From positions 62,001 through 126,000 of the forward strand of contig QPGO01000044.1 in NCBI GenBank assembly GCA_008632985.1: 64,000 nucleotides of DNA, read 5' to 3'. The DNA comes from Psammoneis japonica (lineage: Eukaryota). Each line of letters opens with the position of its first letter. Positions within the stretch are counted from its first letter, which is position 1. Shown piece by piece: positions 1-12,317 of the stretch. The translations under genes and the position numbers were made by a program. Under the pieces are notes generated by a model. It was not told where the DNA came from. It saw only the letters and a list, made by a program, of their open reading frames with translations, and did not search any database.

Positions 1-534
1 ACCCGATCAGGCCGGCCAAGCAAGGCGCTGTGGAGGAAGGAACAAACGCAGGAAAATCACCCTTGCCCCAACACAAGCTGCAGCCGCAGATGCTTTCTCT
101 CACAGTTGTCCTTGTGGACCTTGTGGAACTGCAGAAGACCAGCAGTCCGGGGCAGATGCGGAGCAATGGACTTGGCGTGCGTGCAGCAGGTTGGTCTGTC
201 TGTCAACCTGGGCAGGATCCGCTGAAGGGAATTTGGAACCCCAAGTGCCGGAGGATGTGGGAATTCCTGAGTGAACAAATGATGTCCATTGAGCTGACAC
301 ATTCAGCAAGGTGGGCACATGCTCCCACCCCAACAATGTGCTTCGTGGAAAAATTTCTCGATGACGATGATGAGCACTCAATGGACGAAGATGAGCGAGA
401 CTGTCAATCTGACAGAAATTGAAGACAACTGGGTGGAAGAAAACAGTGACTCCTTGCTGCTGTCCAAATGGCAGATGAGTCTCCGTGCAGAGACCGTTGC
501 AGGAGCCGAAAGACTGGCATCGTGATGTCAGTGC

Positions 535-795
535 TGCTGCTGTTGTTGTTCTTGTGAGCCAAGTGGCTCAAAAGCAAACCACATCGCGCATTGTGCGCGG
601 AACCAAGAGCACACACAATTGTGTGTGATGAGCTGGAATCTTGTTCAAATCCTGTCAATGTTGGCACTGCTGTTGTTGTTTTTGTGAGCCAAGTGGCTTG
701 AAAGCTGCATCGCATGTCACACACGGAACTGAGAGCGCACATGATTGTGCAGGACAAACTGAAACCTTGGTCAAATCCTGTCACTGCAAGAACAC
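535..795. repeat. Tandem duplication of ~130 bp inside decayed repeat DNA
   Basis: tgctgttgttgtt(c/t)ttgtgagccaagtggct ... tcaaatcctgtca occurs twice (about 535-665 and 666-795). Confidence 0.7.
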
Positions 796-1865
796 TTTGT
801 TTTTGTGATGCTTTTTGCAGCAAATTGGTGTGTCCATCTTGACATGAATGGCAGATCAACGGCAATCTTTCACACTGCAAAGTTGTTGCTCAGAGCCACT
901 GTGCAGAAACTGTGCAAACCACCAAGAAAAGACAACAAATTGTCTGCCCATCTTCCACATTTGTCTGCACACATGTGCCTGATCAGTTGCCAGTTTTGCA
1001 CCAAAGTGTGAGGAGACAACAGCTTTGGTGCAAAAAGGTGCAGGTTCTGCAGACATCCCCAAGCAATTTGTTGACTGCACGACACACCCACTTTCTTGTT
1101 CGCTTCCTGTTGAGACCATGTTTGTCAACATTTGTGAGCTGCTGAGTGCCCTGGGGTTGGCAATTAGAAGCAACTGTGCCCATCCATTGACGGTCAAATG
1201 TGCTTTGTTGTTGTTGATGTGGCCGCCGATGAAAAAGGGGGCTGTCGTTGTTGTTGTTTGTTGACATTGCTGCCAAGAAAAGAAGGAAGCTGCGATGAAG
1301 AAAAAATGATGTCCAGCATTGAACTGTTCATCTCAGGCTCCTTTTGCCAAGATCTTAAACTGGCCCTCTCCCAAGTGGCAACAAATGGCAACATTTCGCA
1401 TCCAATTTCGAGCACTTGTCAATTCAAACCATGTTGGCATGATTCGTGCAAAACGACAGTGCTTTTTCATCAGATTTGCCATGCAGGGTCATGTTGTCAG
1501 TGCTGGGCAGTTGTGTTGGGGTCTGAAAAGCCATGGGAAACACCTGCTTTGGCAAAAGTTAAAAAGGGGCAACATCAACGAACTGGTCTTCTGCGCAGAG
1601 GTGATGAGCTGGCATGCTGTGACCACATCCCAACTGACAACATGATCAACTGACACCACTCGACAATGTCTGCTGGACATGCCAGCCACAGGAGACATCA
1701 ACAACAGCACATGACGGACTGGTTTGGCAGGAGACCCACACGCATTTTAAAAAAATCACAATTTTCTTGTGTGATTTCACATTTGAATCTTTGTCGAATG
1801 AGAAAAACACATTCGGGAGAAAACGGTTGAGACAACATCTTTTTACTTTTGTTGTTCAAAGCTGT

Positions 1866-2213
1866 GGGGTGGTCATTTGTTGCTTTTCTTGGCTCAAATT
1901 TGGCCGAAAAGCTCATGATTTGCACGAATTTTCCTGAATTTCACCGTGCTTCAATGTGGTAAAAACATCAAGCCATGTGTCTGTGACAGAGATGGCCCGT
2001 CTTTCAACTCTCATCTTTTTCATGTTCGTTGTGCATTTTGAAGGTCGCATGTGCACCAACTGTTTGAGGACGGACCACTGCGTTTTTGGGTGCCTGATGT
2101 CCTCGTTTTCGTGTGCGATCGGGTGTGAATGCGAATGACTTTTGTAGTCAAAAAGTGCACACTATAACTTTTTTCAATGCCACGGTAATTCTAAGATAAA
2201 CGGGGGGATGACC
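1866..2213. mobile_element. MITE, decayed copy of the 2787-3173 family
   Basis: Colinear with 2787-3173 apart from one internal gap. Ends ...ggggatgacc followed by TTAA (2214-2217). Carries many TA->TG/CA and CG->CA differences in its left part. Confidence 0.8.
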
Positions 2214-2217
2214 TTAA

Positions 2218-2782
2218 GGTACGCGCATAAGTCGCGCACAGAAGTGCAATGTCGGACAGACGACGGCCGTGTAAGTGATTGCGATTTGCACGACAAATTT
2301 ATTACCGTTCGACGCCGACGATGACGATGACAATTTTCAGACGCTGATAGAGGACGACTTTGCAATGGGCACTTAACGTATAATCAATTACACTATAAAG
2401 AACATGCGTGTTTAAAGAAAGTCCCCTGACGAACTCATAATCGTTCGATAATCGAATGCATAAAACGATGGTCGAAAAACAGAGCTCTTGTTGGTATGAC
2501 GTTTTGCTTTCGAACGGAGGTTGCTCGCGGGGAGTTTCATGACTGAATACGTTCTTAAAGTTAAAAAACTAAATGTCTATAATGACAAAAGACTCTGGGA
2601 CACGTCGCTGTCATCGCTATCGTTACGACAACGCGCCACCGTCGCGTCACGTCGCCGATTTTTGGCGATGAGGCGCTACGCGCGCTACGCGCGCTACGCG
2701 CGCTACGCGTTTCTCGTACAGTAGAAAATCCTGAAAAATCAAATCGTCGTGCCTCACGTCACCCCTTTGTTCTGCGAATGCC
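2218..2782. mobile_element. Putative TTAA-flanked non-autonomous element
   Basis: Bounded by TTAA (2214-2217 and 2783-2786). Imperfect TIR: ggtacgcgcataa versus the reverse complement of the right end, ggcattcgcagaa. Contains the 9-mer gcgctacgc four times at ~2673-2709. Confidence 0.45.
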
Positions 2783-2786
2783 TTAA

Positions 2787-3173
2787 GGGGGGTCATTTGC
2801 TACTTTTTTTTAGCTCGAATTTGGCCGAATAGCTCGTGATTTTCATGATTTGTCCTGAATTTCACCGTGCTTCACCGTGGTGAAAACATCAAGCCATAAG
2901 TCTGTGACGGTCCGTCTACCAACTCTCGTCTATTTTATGTTTGTTGTGTATCAAAGGTCACATATATACCAAATGTTTGTAGACGGACCACTACGTTTTG
3001 GAGGAATATCGAGATTTCCGTCATCGTCGTGCTTCGATCACGGTGCTTGATGTTCTCGTTTTCGTGCGCGATCGGGTGTAATATAAATAATTTTTGTATT
3101 CAAAAATAGGCACTATAAAAAATCCTATTTAAATGCCTCAGTAATTCTAGGATAAACGCGGGGATGACCCCCC
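2787..3173. mobile_element. MITE with perfect 10-bp TIR and TTAA target duplication (Kolobok-like termini)
   Basis: TTAA|ggggggtcat ... atgacccccc|TTAA, no ORF. Purine-starting termini with a TTAA TSD fit Kolobok better than piggyBac. Confidence 0.85.
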
Positions 3174-4082
3174 TTAAAGAAAATCAATCACTGCCACTAA
3201 ATTAGAATGAAGGTTATTATTGCTGTTGCTCCAACTACTATTCGTGCTAAAGAAACGAGGCTGTCACAACGAAAGATAGTATATCTAAACAAATGATGCT
3301 ACCGGTAGGACGTCAGGGTATTATCTTTTTGGTTCTACACATGTCAACAGCAATCTTTCAAAACCGTAACAAAGTTTGCATGTGTGAAAAAGTAAATCTT
3401 TTGCACAAGCCTTCCTCAGAGGTTACGAAGATGAAAGACAGCAAAATTTGATCAGCCTTCTTTGGTTGGCTGGTTTGCTGCTCGCTCGCATAAGTGGTTT
3501 GTGTTTTAAATTTGTCTCTTGTTCACAAAACTGTCCATCTCAGGCTAATTAAGAAACACCTTATTGCTTTTGTTTCTCGAAGTTTGAAGAAAATCAATAA
3601 ATGCCATTGACATGTGGCAAAATAATCATATACAACAACGGCTGGTTCGTTCACACTACTTCTATTTCCGAATATTTGAACCGATGGATGAGAAAAGGAG
3701 GTTTATCGTTTTTTTTTTCAACTTTTTGCGAAGAACACATGGCTAAAAAGTAGAAGTTCTATCTTATGACAATAAGAATAACACCATTAGAATCGCCATA
3801 TTTTCTTAGTCTGTGGGTGCTATTTCTTTTGTCGTTGTGTGCAAATACAACAGGTTTATGGGGTGACTTAAGTGGTTGTCAAGTGAAAAGTTTTTGTACA
3901 CTTCTCGGGTTATTTCGAGTCCCTAATCTAAAAGCAAACAACATTAAGAATAGCACCATTGAATAAGTCGTATCTAAATTAGTCAGTATGGTTATTTCTG
4001 TGTCATGCAGATCTACTTTAGGGACCTTATGTGTCGACTTTCTATGATGCACATCAAGACCGGCAACATCATTTGAAGACAA

Positions 4083-4471
4083 AAGGTCTGTTGTAGAAGA
4101 ACTGCTACATACTTCGCCAATTCCTTCAAGAGACATATCATATCTACTTCAAATTATCAGTTGGTGTTACTCACACAGTCATGACATTGAAAGAAGTCAT
4201 CAAAAACAATCACAGACCGCCATGGCGACTTGATACGCGGTGCGTGAAGCGAACTTTGGATTGCTTTACTGGTGTCCTACGTAAAGGTCTGTTGTAGAAG
4301 AACTGCAGCATACTTCACCAATTCTTTCAAGAGACATGTCTCTACTTCACATTATCGATTGGTGTTACTTCTATAGTCGTGACGTAAAAAGAAGTCGTCA
4401 AAAACAATGACAGACCGCCATGGATGCGGTGCGTGAGGCGAACTTTGGTTTGCTCTACTGGTGTCCTACAT
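4083..4471. repeat. Tandem duplication of ~190-200 bp
   Basis: aaggtctgttgtagaagaactgc ... actggtgtcctac occurs twice (about 4083-4283 and 4284-4471). Confidence 0.85.
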
Positions 4472-7400
4472 AAACCAAGACGCATGTACGAAATGTATGA
4501 CAGCATACGGCCCACATCACTCTTTTCTCTTTTTCACGCTTCCAGGTTTGTGAAGAAAGAGTCTGACTCTTTTTTCCGTTTCGGCCGAGTTGAAAAGAGT
4601 CTAGAGTGAAAATCCGGGTAAGTTCGAGCTTTTCGAGCTCTTTCGTCTTTTTCATTTTCTTTTTTCGCTCAATTTTCGACAAACAATAAACAAACCGCCC
4701 GCCAGCCGAAAGGACATTAATGATGCATATTAAAATTAAAACCAATATAAAAGTTCGTTATAATAACAAAAGAATAAATAAGAAGTTTCAAAAAATCATC
4801 TTATCATACATACACCATAATGTACTACGTAATTCAGACTGCTGCCGGCCTATGTTTATATTTCAGAGGGTGATTCTAAGATAAAGTTTCCTCCGGTTGA
4901 GTCTGTTTTTCTACTTAATTTCTACGGGATTTTCAGAACTAGGAAATGAAGCTCCGACAACCGCATTCTGGCGATTTTGCCCTAAATTCTGTCTTGGGAC
5001 GATTAAACAATCAATCACAAAATTCCTCCTTATTCCTAATGGCTCTATAGAGATTCCGAACCTTTCTATTATTGTTGATTGTTTGGGTTGGTTGATCATA
5101 ATATCATCATGGACTGCTGAATAAGCGGCAGCGGCATCGCATTTCATCGTCATCGCTGGGTGAAGCTTTTCTGCCACTTAAAGTTTATCAGCCAGTATTA
5201 AACGCGTTTTTCTCGATTCGAGGTCGAGGCCACTAAGTCTCCTTTTCTCATCCGTCCGTTCATTTCTCCATTTTCACGCATCATGCACGCTGCGCCTGGC
5301 TTGTTGAAAAAATGGTATCACGCATTGAAAACAAAAATGTCCATCTCAGGCGAATTTTACTAAGACGTTAGGGAAGCATCTTTTTGCGTTTGGGCGCAAA
5401 GCTAAATTAATCTTTCAGGGTTTTTAAAGCCCACACACTCCAAAATTTGCATGTGTGATAAAATACATCTTTTGCACAAGCCTTCCTCGAAAGTCACGAG
5501 GAACAAAGACAGATATCTTTGATCGGTGGTCTTTGGTCCATTGCTTTGTTGCATGTTGCTTAGTTGGTAAATATTTCTCACCCACATTTATGGTTTGTGT
5601 TTTAAAAATTGTCTCTTTTTCCCCACCACTGCAGCTAAAAGTCGTGTCAAAACTCTAGCACTTATTCTTATTCTCATATTCCCTCACACAAGGAGGTGAT
5701 TAGGTCAGCTGCAAGCAACAGGCCTGTGTTATCCGTTTCAATTTCTTGATTTAGCTTTATCACAGTAGCCGAAACTTGGGAATGCTGAATTCCTCCCAAC
5801 ATAGCCGCCGACTTTTTTGCGTAGGTACGTGATTTCTTGATCCGCATTTTTAACAAGCAGAAAATAGAAGATAGGTACAATTTACCTTAGCAAATTCTGC
5901 AAAGAAAACAATCTTTTTAAGATTACAACGAGGAGTTTTGCTGGAAGATGCAGGTGGAGGCACGGTTAATTCTTGATATTCTTTAGTTTCCCTACCAGGA
6001 TGTATTGCGTGTTTTTCCTCTTATCGCATTTCGTAGAAAAAGTGCGACAGATCAAATCTTGTGTGATGAACACATCTTGTGCGATGAACATTCATTAAGA
6101 AACGCGTGAAAACAATGAAGCATCAGGATCTTACATAGTTTACAAGTTAGCTCCTGATCTTTCTGTTAAAATGATCCATAGTTCAACAAACCCTGTTAAA
6201 ATGATCTATAGTTCAACAAACATTTGCAGGCCACTGGCAATGCTGCTGAATTGCCTCCTCAATCCTTGATGACTAACACACCAGCCAAGCCGAAATCCTA
6301 CAACTGCATTGAGGGTGGGGGTCCGTCACTGCTTTTTGGATTGAGTTCAGCCAAAAATGGCTATCAAAAGTATGTAGACTGCAGGCTACATTTTAGAGAA
6401 TGATTGTCGTCATTGTCGTGCTTTGATCGAGTGCTTGATGTTTTCGTGTCCATGCGCCCGTGGGGTCTGAAATGATCACGCCATTTGCCATTGGTTCAAT
6501 TCTATTTATTTAAGGCGCTGCCATGCTTCCACCCTGCAACTCCGGCAACAAGCTAACCCACACCCCGGTATTGATAAACATGCCCCTCCTTTTCGGCTGT
6601 AGTTCATTGCAACAGACAGGCATCTTACGGTACCGTAGAGTTGTGTCACTTATAATTTCACAACTTGCCTCAACTTTGGATTTTTTTTTGTCTGCGCATG
6701 CCTCAGTCTGCGTTTATGACATATTCGTTCGAGGGGTCGGTGATGAGTGAGTTTTGTATTAACCTTGTTTCTACTGTACTGTATATATATATACACATCT
6801 ACTGGCGAGTGTCGCGGCTGGAGTCTACGACACCCTCACTGCAGGACAAGAATAATTGTCTTTGACGTCATGTGTGATTTTCGTCGTTTTGCGAGACTTG
6901 ATGACGTTGTGGGTCAGCCCCGCGTTTTGAGAAAAGGGGGGTTTATGAAGGGGAAAGTGTGTACTCTCTATTATGTACCGGTAGTTACGTAATGTAGTCA
7001 TACGAATAAGGGGTGGATTTCCCGCGGTTTTCGTCATCTGCGCGCGCGATTTTGAAATGAGAACTGGCGCGGTTTGCCGTATTAGGTTCCTCTACGTAGT
7101 GATGGTGTTTTGGCTGTCTTGGGGCTACATGTAGAGATCGTCCGTGAGTTGGTGTTTGGTATCTGTTCTTGGTAGAAAAGTCTGGCCCAAGTTGGGTCAT
7201 TTAGTGCTTGTATAGGGATAGAGGCCATCCTCCCACTGGGGACGTTAGTTATGGGAGTGTTTTATTTTTGACTTAAAAATTATTCACATTGGCGATTCAG
7301 GAAAAGTGCACACACATTTTTTCCTTTTTACACACAACGGCGCACATCTCTTGGTGTTGTAACTCAACAACTACTACACGCCCAGAGCCGTCTAGCCGTG

Positions 7401-8091
7401 TTTGGGAAACGGCTTTGTATGCTCTATCGATCTATAGTGTGAAAAATTGATGCTGGTACGTTCCAAAAAAGACATTGATAGAAATCGACTCGAGAATCTG
7501 TTGTTGTTCCTCCTATCGACGAGAAACGCCCCACGTTACCTGCTTTTGCCACGCATACAGATCTCCATTTTCAACACACTCTCTGTACCCCCCACTAGAG
7601 TAGAAGCTAGAACCTCTAGTTGTAAACGGCATGAGAAACAAATTATATATTGAGAATGCTCTTTCTGTTCTGACTTTCATTCTGCACCGCCCCTGGGTAC
7701 TTATGGCATAAATAGGACCACAGGTGTTGGAGATGGAATGTGCCAATGTTCCTATCTCCATTCTATCTCCAACAACAGGCACTAAAACTCGCGAGGAGCA
7801 CTATGCTACTGTAGAGAGGCCCCAGAGCAAGCCACAACACATATAACATCTCTCTTAGTCGGTTTGCGTTTCTCTTTGTCCCAATTCTGCAGGTTCATCA
7901 AACACCTCGCTCATTCAGTAGTAGTGTTAGCAGTAGTAGAGCCGCTCTAGCTAGCGCAGTAGTGAAATGTATTAGAGCTACTCGTTGAGTTAGCTTAGGA
8001 TCACCTTAACTCGGGATCTCTTCCTATAAATATGAAGACGAGCAATAGCGCGCGACAGATTACATTCTGCCCACAGCCCTTACCCTTATAA

Positions 8092-8277
8092 GATACGAAA
8101 CAAATGCCTAATAAAGGACTGCCAGTCAATCGTAGCCACTCCAGACCACAAACACGGCAGCGACCGTGAGAGGCTATCCTTATGCAAGATATGAAACAAA
8201 TGCCTAAAGGAGTGCCAGTCAATCCCTCCTAGGCGCTCCAGACCACCAACACGGCAGAGACCGTGAGAGCTATCACC
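8092..8277. repeat. Tandem duplication of ~95 bp
   Basis: gata(c/t)gaaacaaatgccta ... ctccagaccac ... gaccgtgaga(g)gctatc occurs twice. Confidence 0.8.
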
Positions 8278-8410
8278 ATGTGGATGGTAAGGAACGATCC
8301 GCCAGCAGACAGCTATGAACAAACAGCATTACCAACTTTTCACAATGTGTAAGATTTGAGGTTGTTTACTACAGCAATTATCCAGCGATTACAGCGAACC
8401 TTTTAACTCT

Positions 8411-9844
8411 TCACGCAAGGCCCACAGCAGTCAATTCCTTGCATAAGTTTGCAATGTCTGGGCGAAGCGGTGCATTGGCTTTAGCAAACAAATCAGCAAA
8501 GATGCACGCCTTGACTCGGCGATTCTTGTCAAAGCCTTGCGGATCAAAGCTGGCTTGCGCCAGTTTGACAATGTCCTCAAGAGAGGAGCTTGTGGTCAAA
8601 GGTCCATGAGTGAGACTAGTGGCTGCCAGGTTCATTGCATCAGCAAGCTCTTTGACGCGCCAGTCCGGTGGAAGCAACAAAGCCGGCGTTTCGGCAGCCA
8701 GAGCAATCATGTTCCCGTGTATTTTTGTTCCTATGACGAGGTCCACAGATCGAACGTCGTCATACCACTGATGCACATCAGTGTAATAGTGAAAAGTATC
8801 ATCGGGTAGATCAATCCCTAACTTCTGGGCTCTTGAGATGAATTTATTGGTCAAGTGTGGCTCCTGTACAACAACGAAGGATCCCGGAAGTTTTGCGATC
8901 AGTTTGAGCACCAGGGTGTCCATTTGAGGCATGCGATTGCTTTGATGAATGTTGAATGCAATTTTGATTCTGGACGATGACACTTTTGCCAGAAGACCTT
9001 TGTATTTCTCTCCAAGAACAGTGCCAAGATTTGGTCTCGTATTGAGAAACAAGCTGGGGCATCCTACGGAAACAGCTCGATTGAAACCGGCTTTTGATAC
9101 AACGGCAGCAGTGAAGTCTCCTCGAACCCCGTAACCCTTGCTGTGATGCTCCAGCTCATTCAAAAACTCCCTTGAAACATCACCCAGAATAAATGATGAA
9201 ACAGCCTCTTCCAGTTTTGTGGGTTTCTTGAGCTCATGGAGCTTGTCTGCTCTTGGAAGGTCGGTGTAACTTGTGTGGTGAGCTTGGTTCACTCCAAGTC
9301 CAAAACCAATCATGGTTGATTGATTGTACCCCTTGAGCAACTCATTGAACCCGATCATCCATGGCTTTGCTCCAGTGTTGTTAAGGAGAAATGGACCCAT
9401 GGCAAGATACAAAATGTGCTTGCCTGGACTGCCATAGTTTCGAAGCCTGTGGCGGCAATCTCCAAGGCCCACGTGAGTGCAGGATTCACGACTGATCATG
9501 GATTTTGCCATGTCATCACCCGCCCACACAACAGTCTTAGTTACATCAGGTGGCAACAACCAAGACATAGCAAACTGCCAGACCATGTTCCCGGTAGAAC
9601 CGCCAGAAGCGTAAGGCCGAGCTTCGTCTGGAGTCAGGCCTATGGGCCTCGGCAGCCACTCGTCGTAAAGAAAAGCAGTGTCAACATGCTCTGCTTTGAT
9701 CATCGTTTCAGCTTCAACAACCTTCTTTTCGAAGGGTTTCCATGACCTGTAAGTCCGAAAAGCGGCAAAGTCGAAGATGCACACATAGCTCAAGCTGAAG
9801 AAGGCCACCGTGAGAAGCGGCACCAGAGTTTTCCACGAGGTCAT
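8411..9844 (-). CDS. Polysaccharide pyruvyl transferase family protein, type II membrane anchored
   Basis: Intact ORF with motifs STGNMVWQFA, GVRGDFTA, GCPSLF and IGTKIHGNMIALAAETPA...DWRVKELA. The likely start is MTSWKT at 9844, followed by a hydrophobic anchor; the ORF track extends it to 9973. Confidence 0.85.
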   Translation of the reverse strand: MTSWKTLVPLLTVAFFSLSYVCIFDFAAFRTYRSWKPFEKKVVEAETMIKAEHVDTAFLYDEWLPRPIGLTPDEARPYASGGSTGNMVWQFAMSWLLPPDVTKTVVWAGDDMAKSMISRESCTHVGLGDCRHRLRNYGSPGKHILYLAMGPFLLNNTGAKPWMIGFNELLKGYNQSTMIGFGLGVNQAHHTSYTDLPRADKLHELKKPTKLEEAVSSFILGDVSREFLNELEHHSKGYGVRGDFTAAVVSKAGFNRAVSVGCPSLFLNTRPNLGTVLGEKYKGLLAKVSSSRIKIAFNIHQSNRMPQMDTLVLKLIAKLPGSFVVVQEPHLTNKFISRAQKLGIDLPDDTFHYYTDVHQWYDDVRSVDLVIGTKIHGNMIALAAETPALLLPPDWRVKELADAMNLAATSLTHGPLTTSSSLEDIVKLAQASFDPQGFDKNRRVKACIFADLFAKANAPLRPDIANLCKELTAVGLA

Positions 9845-12282
9845 CTTGCCGTCTACAATTTGCACCTGCTTGGCAGAAGTCAATGGCAATGAGAGCACCA
9901 CAGCACTAATTTTGTGCCGCCTTGTTTGTGTCAGCACAGCACAGCACCTGGCATTTGGTGTTTGTACCGGCATTCAACGGCTCACAAGAAAAGCAGGTGC
10001 GCAAGTGTTGTCAAGTGTGTGTGAACTTGAGGTTTGTTTTTTCCCAACGCCAATCCGATCGGTTGGATGCCTGTTGATCATTCACATGTCACTTGTCTCG
10101 TCATTCTGTCATGAACAGTCTATGGTGTCCGTTGAAAGATTCAACGGAAATCCGGTTAAAGTACGGTAAGAGGATCCGTTAACTCAACGCCAATCGCATG
10201 CGCGATTTTGCGGCCCACGTCTGGCCGCAAAATTCTTATCGCAAATTTTTGCGACCCACATGTGGGCCGCAAATCGGTCTTAATTTTTAAAACAAAGCTG
10301 TCTCGTCATTGTTTTTGTGGGAAAAATCAACGTTGGAAGTGATGTGACACAATCCGAACAACAACAAACCCATTGTTGCCACCAAACATCAACACTGCAC
10401 TGTCATTTCCCGAAGACCAAAATGCACAATCAATCCCTCTTGTTGTTGCTTTCCAAAAGTGCCTCTTGAACGAGACCCAAAAAGGGCAGACTGGGCAAGA
10501 GGGGTCATGATTGAAACTCAGGATGGCACTGCACTCTGACATGGTGGGGATGGTTTGGCATTCAAATGACAATGATGGATCATGGGCAGCCAAGACTTTT
10601 CCCAACAAGCCACTGGAGCAACGTGTGGTGGCGAATGACTGAGAACAGACATGTGAGTGTTGTTGTTTTTCAAAACCCGCAAGAGCAAAGATACAGTGGC
10701 AAAGACACAGTGGCATTTGCACCCTTGCCAATTCCCAAAGCCACTGGGAGCAACGATGCTGTCGGCACTCTTGAGCTTGTTCCACGCCTCCCCCTGCTCC
10801 GCTTCCACCTCGTCTTCCAATTGGTCGCCTCGACCAAAACCAGTTCCAAGTGACACTGACAACTAATGGCAGCATGCTGGAATGGTGAAAGAACACCAGT
10901 GAGCAATTGTTGCAAGCAACAACAATGCAAACTCATGTTTCTTCTTTTCCCAGTCCAAGCTTTGCTGCCTCTCTCTCTCTCTCTTGCTTTGCTGCACCAC
11001 CTTTCCTTTCTGTTCCACTGGCTCATGTTCACTAGATCTGCATTTTCAGAAGGATGCTGTGTGGATGTGTGAGGAGCACAGCACAGTTAAGAAAATCCTG
11101 ACAAACAAGCTGAGTTGGAGTTTCACTGAGATTTGGAAGAACTCGGTCCACCCGGCCTTCACTTCATTGTGTTCCCACCAGCACTGCCTTTTGTGAATTT
11201 GCTCTTGCAGCCAAATGGCAGGCCAGTTGCCTGGGCTATCTCTCTGCTCATTTGGCAACATCAACAGTCCAGTGCTGGGTGTTGAAGCACTCCCATCTTC
11301 TGGGAGATGTCCATCTGCTGCAAAACAGTCCGCGGAAGCTTGACACATGTGGCCCTTGCATTGGCGGGTCATCAGATCAAGATCTAGAAGATCCCACCTT
11401 TGGCTTGTGTTTTTAGATGGTTGCTTGACAAAAGCATTTCAAAGAGTGCATCACAGAACCTCTTAAATGAAGAACACACCAAATCATGTGCTTCAGCTTG
11501 TGTGCTTTTGGGGATGGCCCACAGAAAAGTTGACTGCCCAGTGGAGATCATTGGATGCATTGGAGCAGTTCTTGTTGCTGTCATGAGCTTGATTGCAGTT
11601 GTTGACAGCTGAGAGGGTGGCAATTTAACAGGTTGGCTGCAGACCAGTTATCTTCATCTATGAATCAGCTTGCTGTGAATGGTGAAAGAGGAGCAAAAAT
11701 GGGTGGAGTGTGGCTTTGGCTGCGAACTCCGTTCAAGTTGTAGAGGAGAGATCTTGTCTGCTTTGTCAGATGAACCCAGGTTCTAGATGTTGTTCCATGT
11801 CAGTGCATCTGGTTCCATCATCTTGAAGAAATTGTCTTAATCCACTTGCACCAGGCATTCATGTGAACCCATTCCAATCAACACTGCATGGAACATTTCC
11901 CATTGTGGTCTTGTGCCTCCAACAATGGTGCACAGTCATGGAGCAAAATGGGGCTCCCCCTGTTGCTTGGAACATGCTGAGGAAAACCGCTTCTCCTTCT
12001 AAACACATTGTTTGGCTTCACTCTGCAGGAGACTCATGCAGGACATCTCACAGTGAGCTCAATGTGTGGTCTGCATTGCCATTCAATGGGCGGCTTGTGA
12101 AGAAGCTCTTCCAGGCATTTGCCAGCAACATGGTGAGCAAACTGTCATTCTTAGAAGACTGAGACAACTTTCTAGAGCTTGCAACACATGACAATGATCA
12201 TCTCACAGTGTTGTCAACAATGTCCAATGTTGTTGAAAAATGACTGTTAACTTCAGTGCGCAAAATTGAATTCACCGAATGT

Positions 12283-12302
12283 CACACACACACACACACA
12301 CA
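12283..12302. repeat. (CA)n microsatellite
   Basis: About 10 CA units, at the point where the copia remnant ends. Confidence 0.9.
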
Positions 12303-12317
12303 GCCAAAACAATCTGT

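Noticed and set aside
2673..2709. Short repeats as a CRISPR-like array
   Set aside because: Pure 9-bp tandem with no spacers. No repeat-spacer array was seen anywhere in the window.
3879..5880. Short AT-rich ORFs (3879-4136, 4911-5177, 5674-5880) as genes
   Set aside because: No recognisable motifs, and they sit among repeats. They could be old remnants but this is unsupported.
7200..8400. Possible solo LTR or element end
   Set aside because: No clear TG..CA termini with a target duplication could be located.
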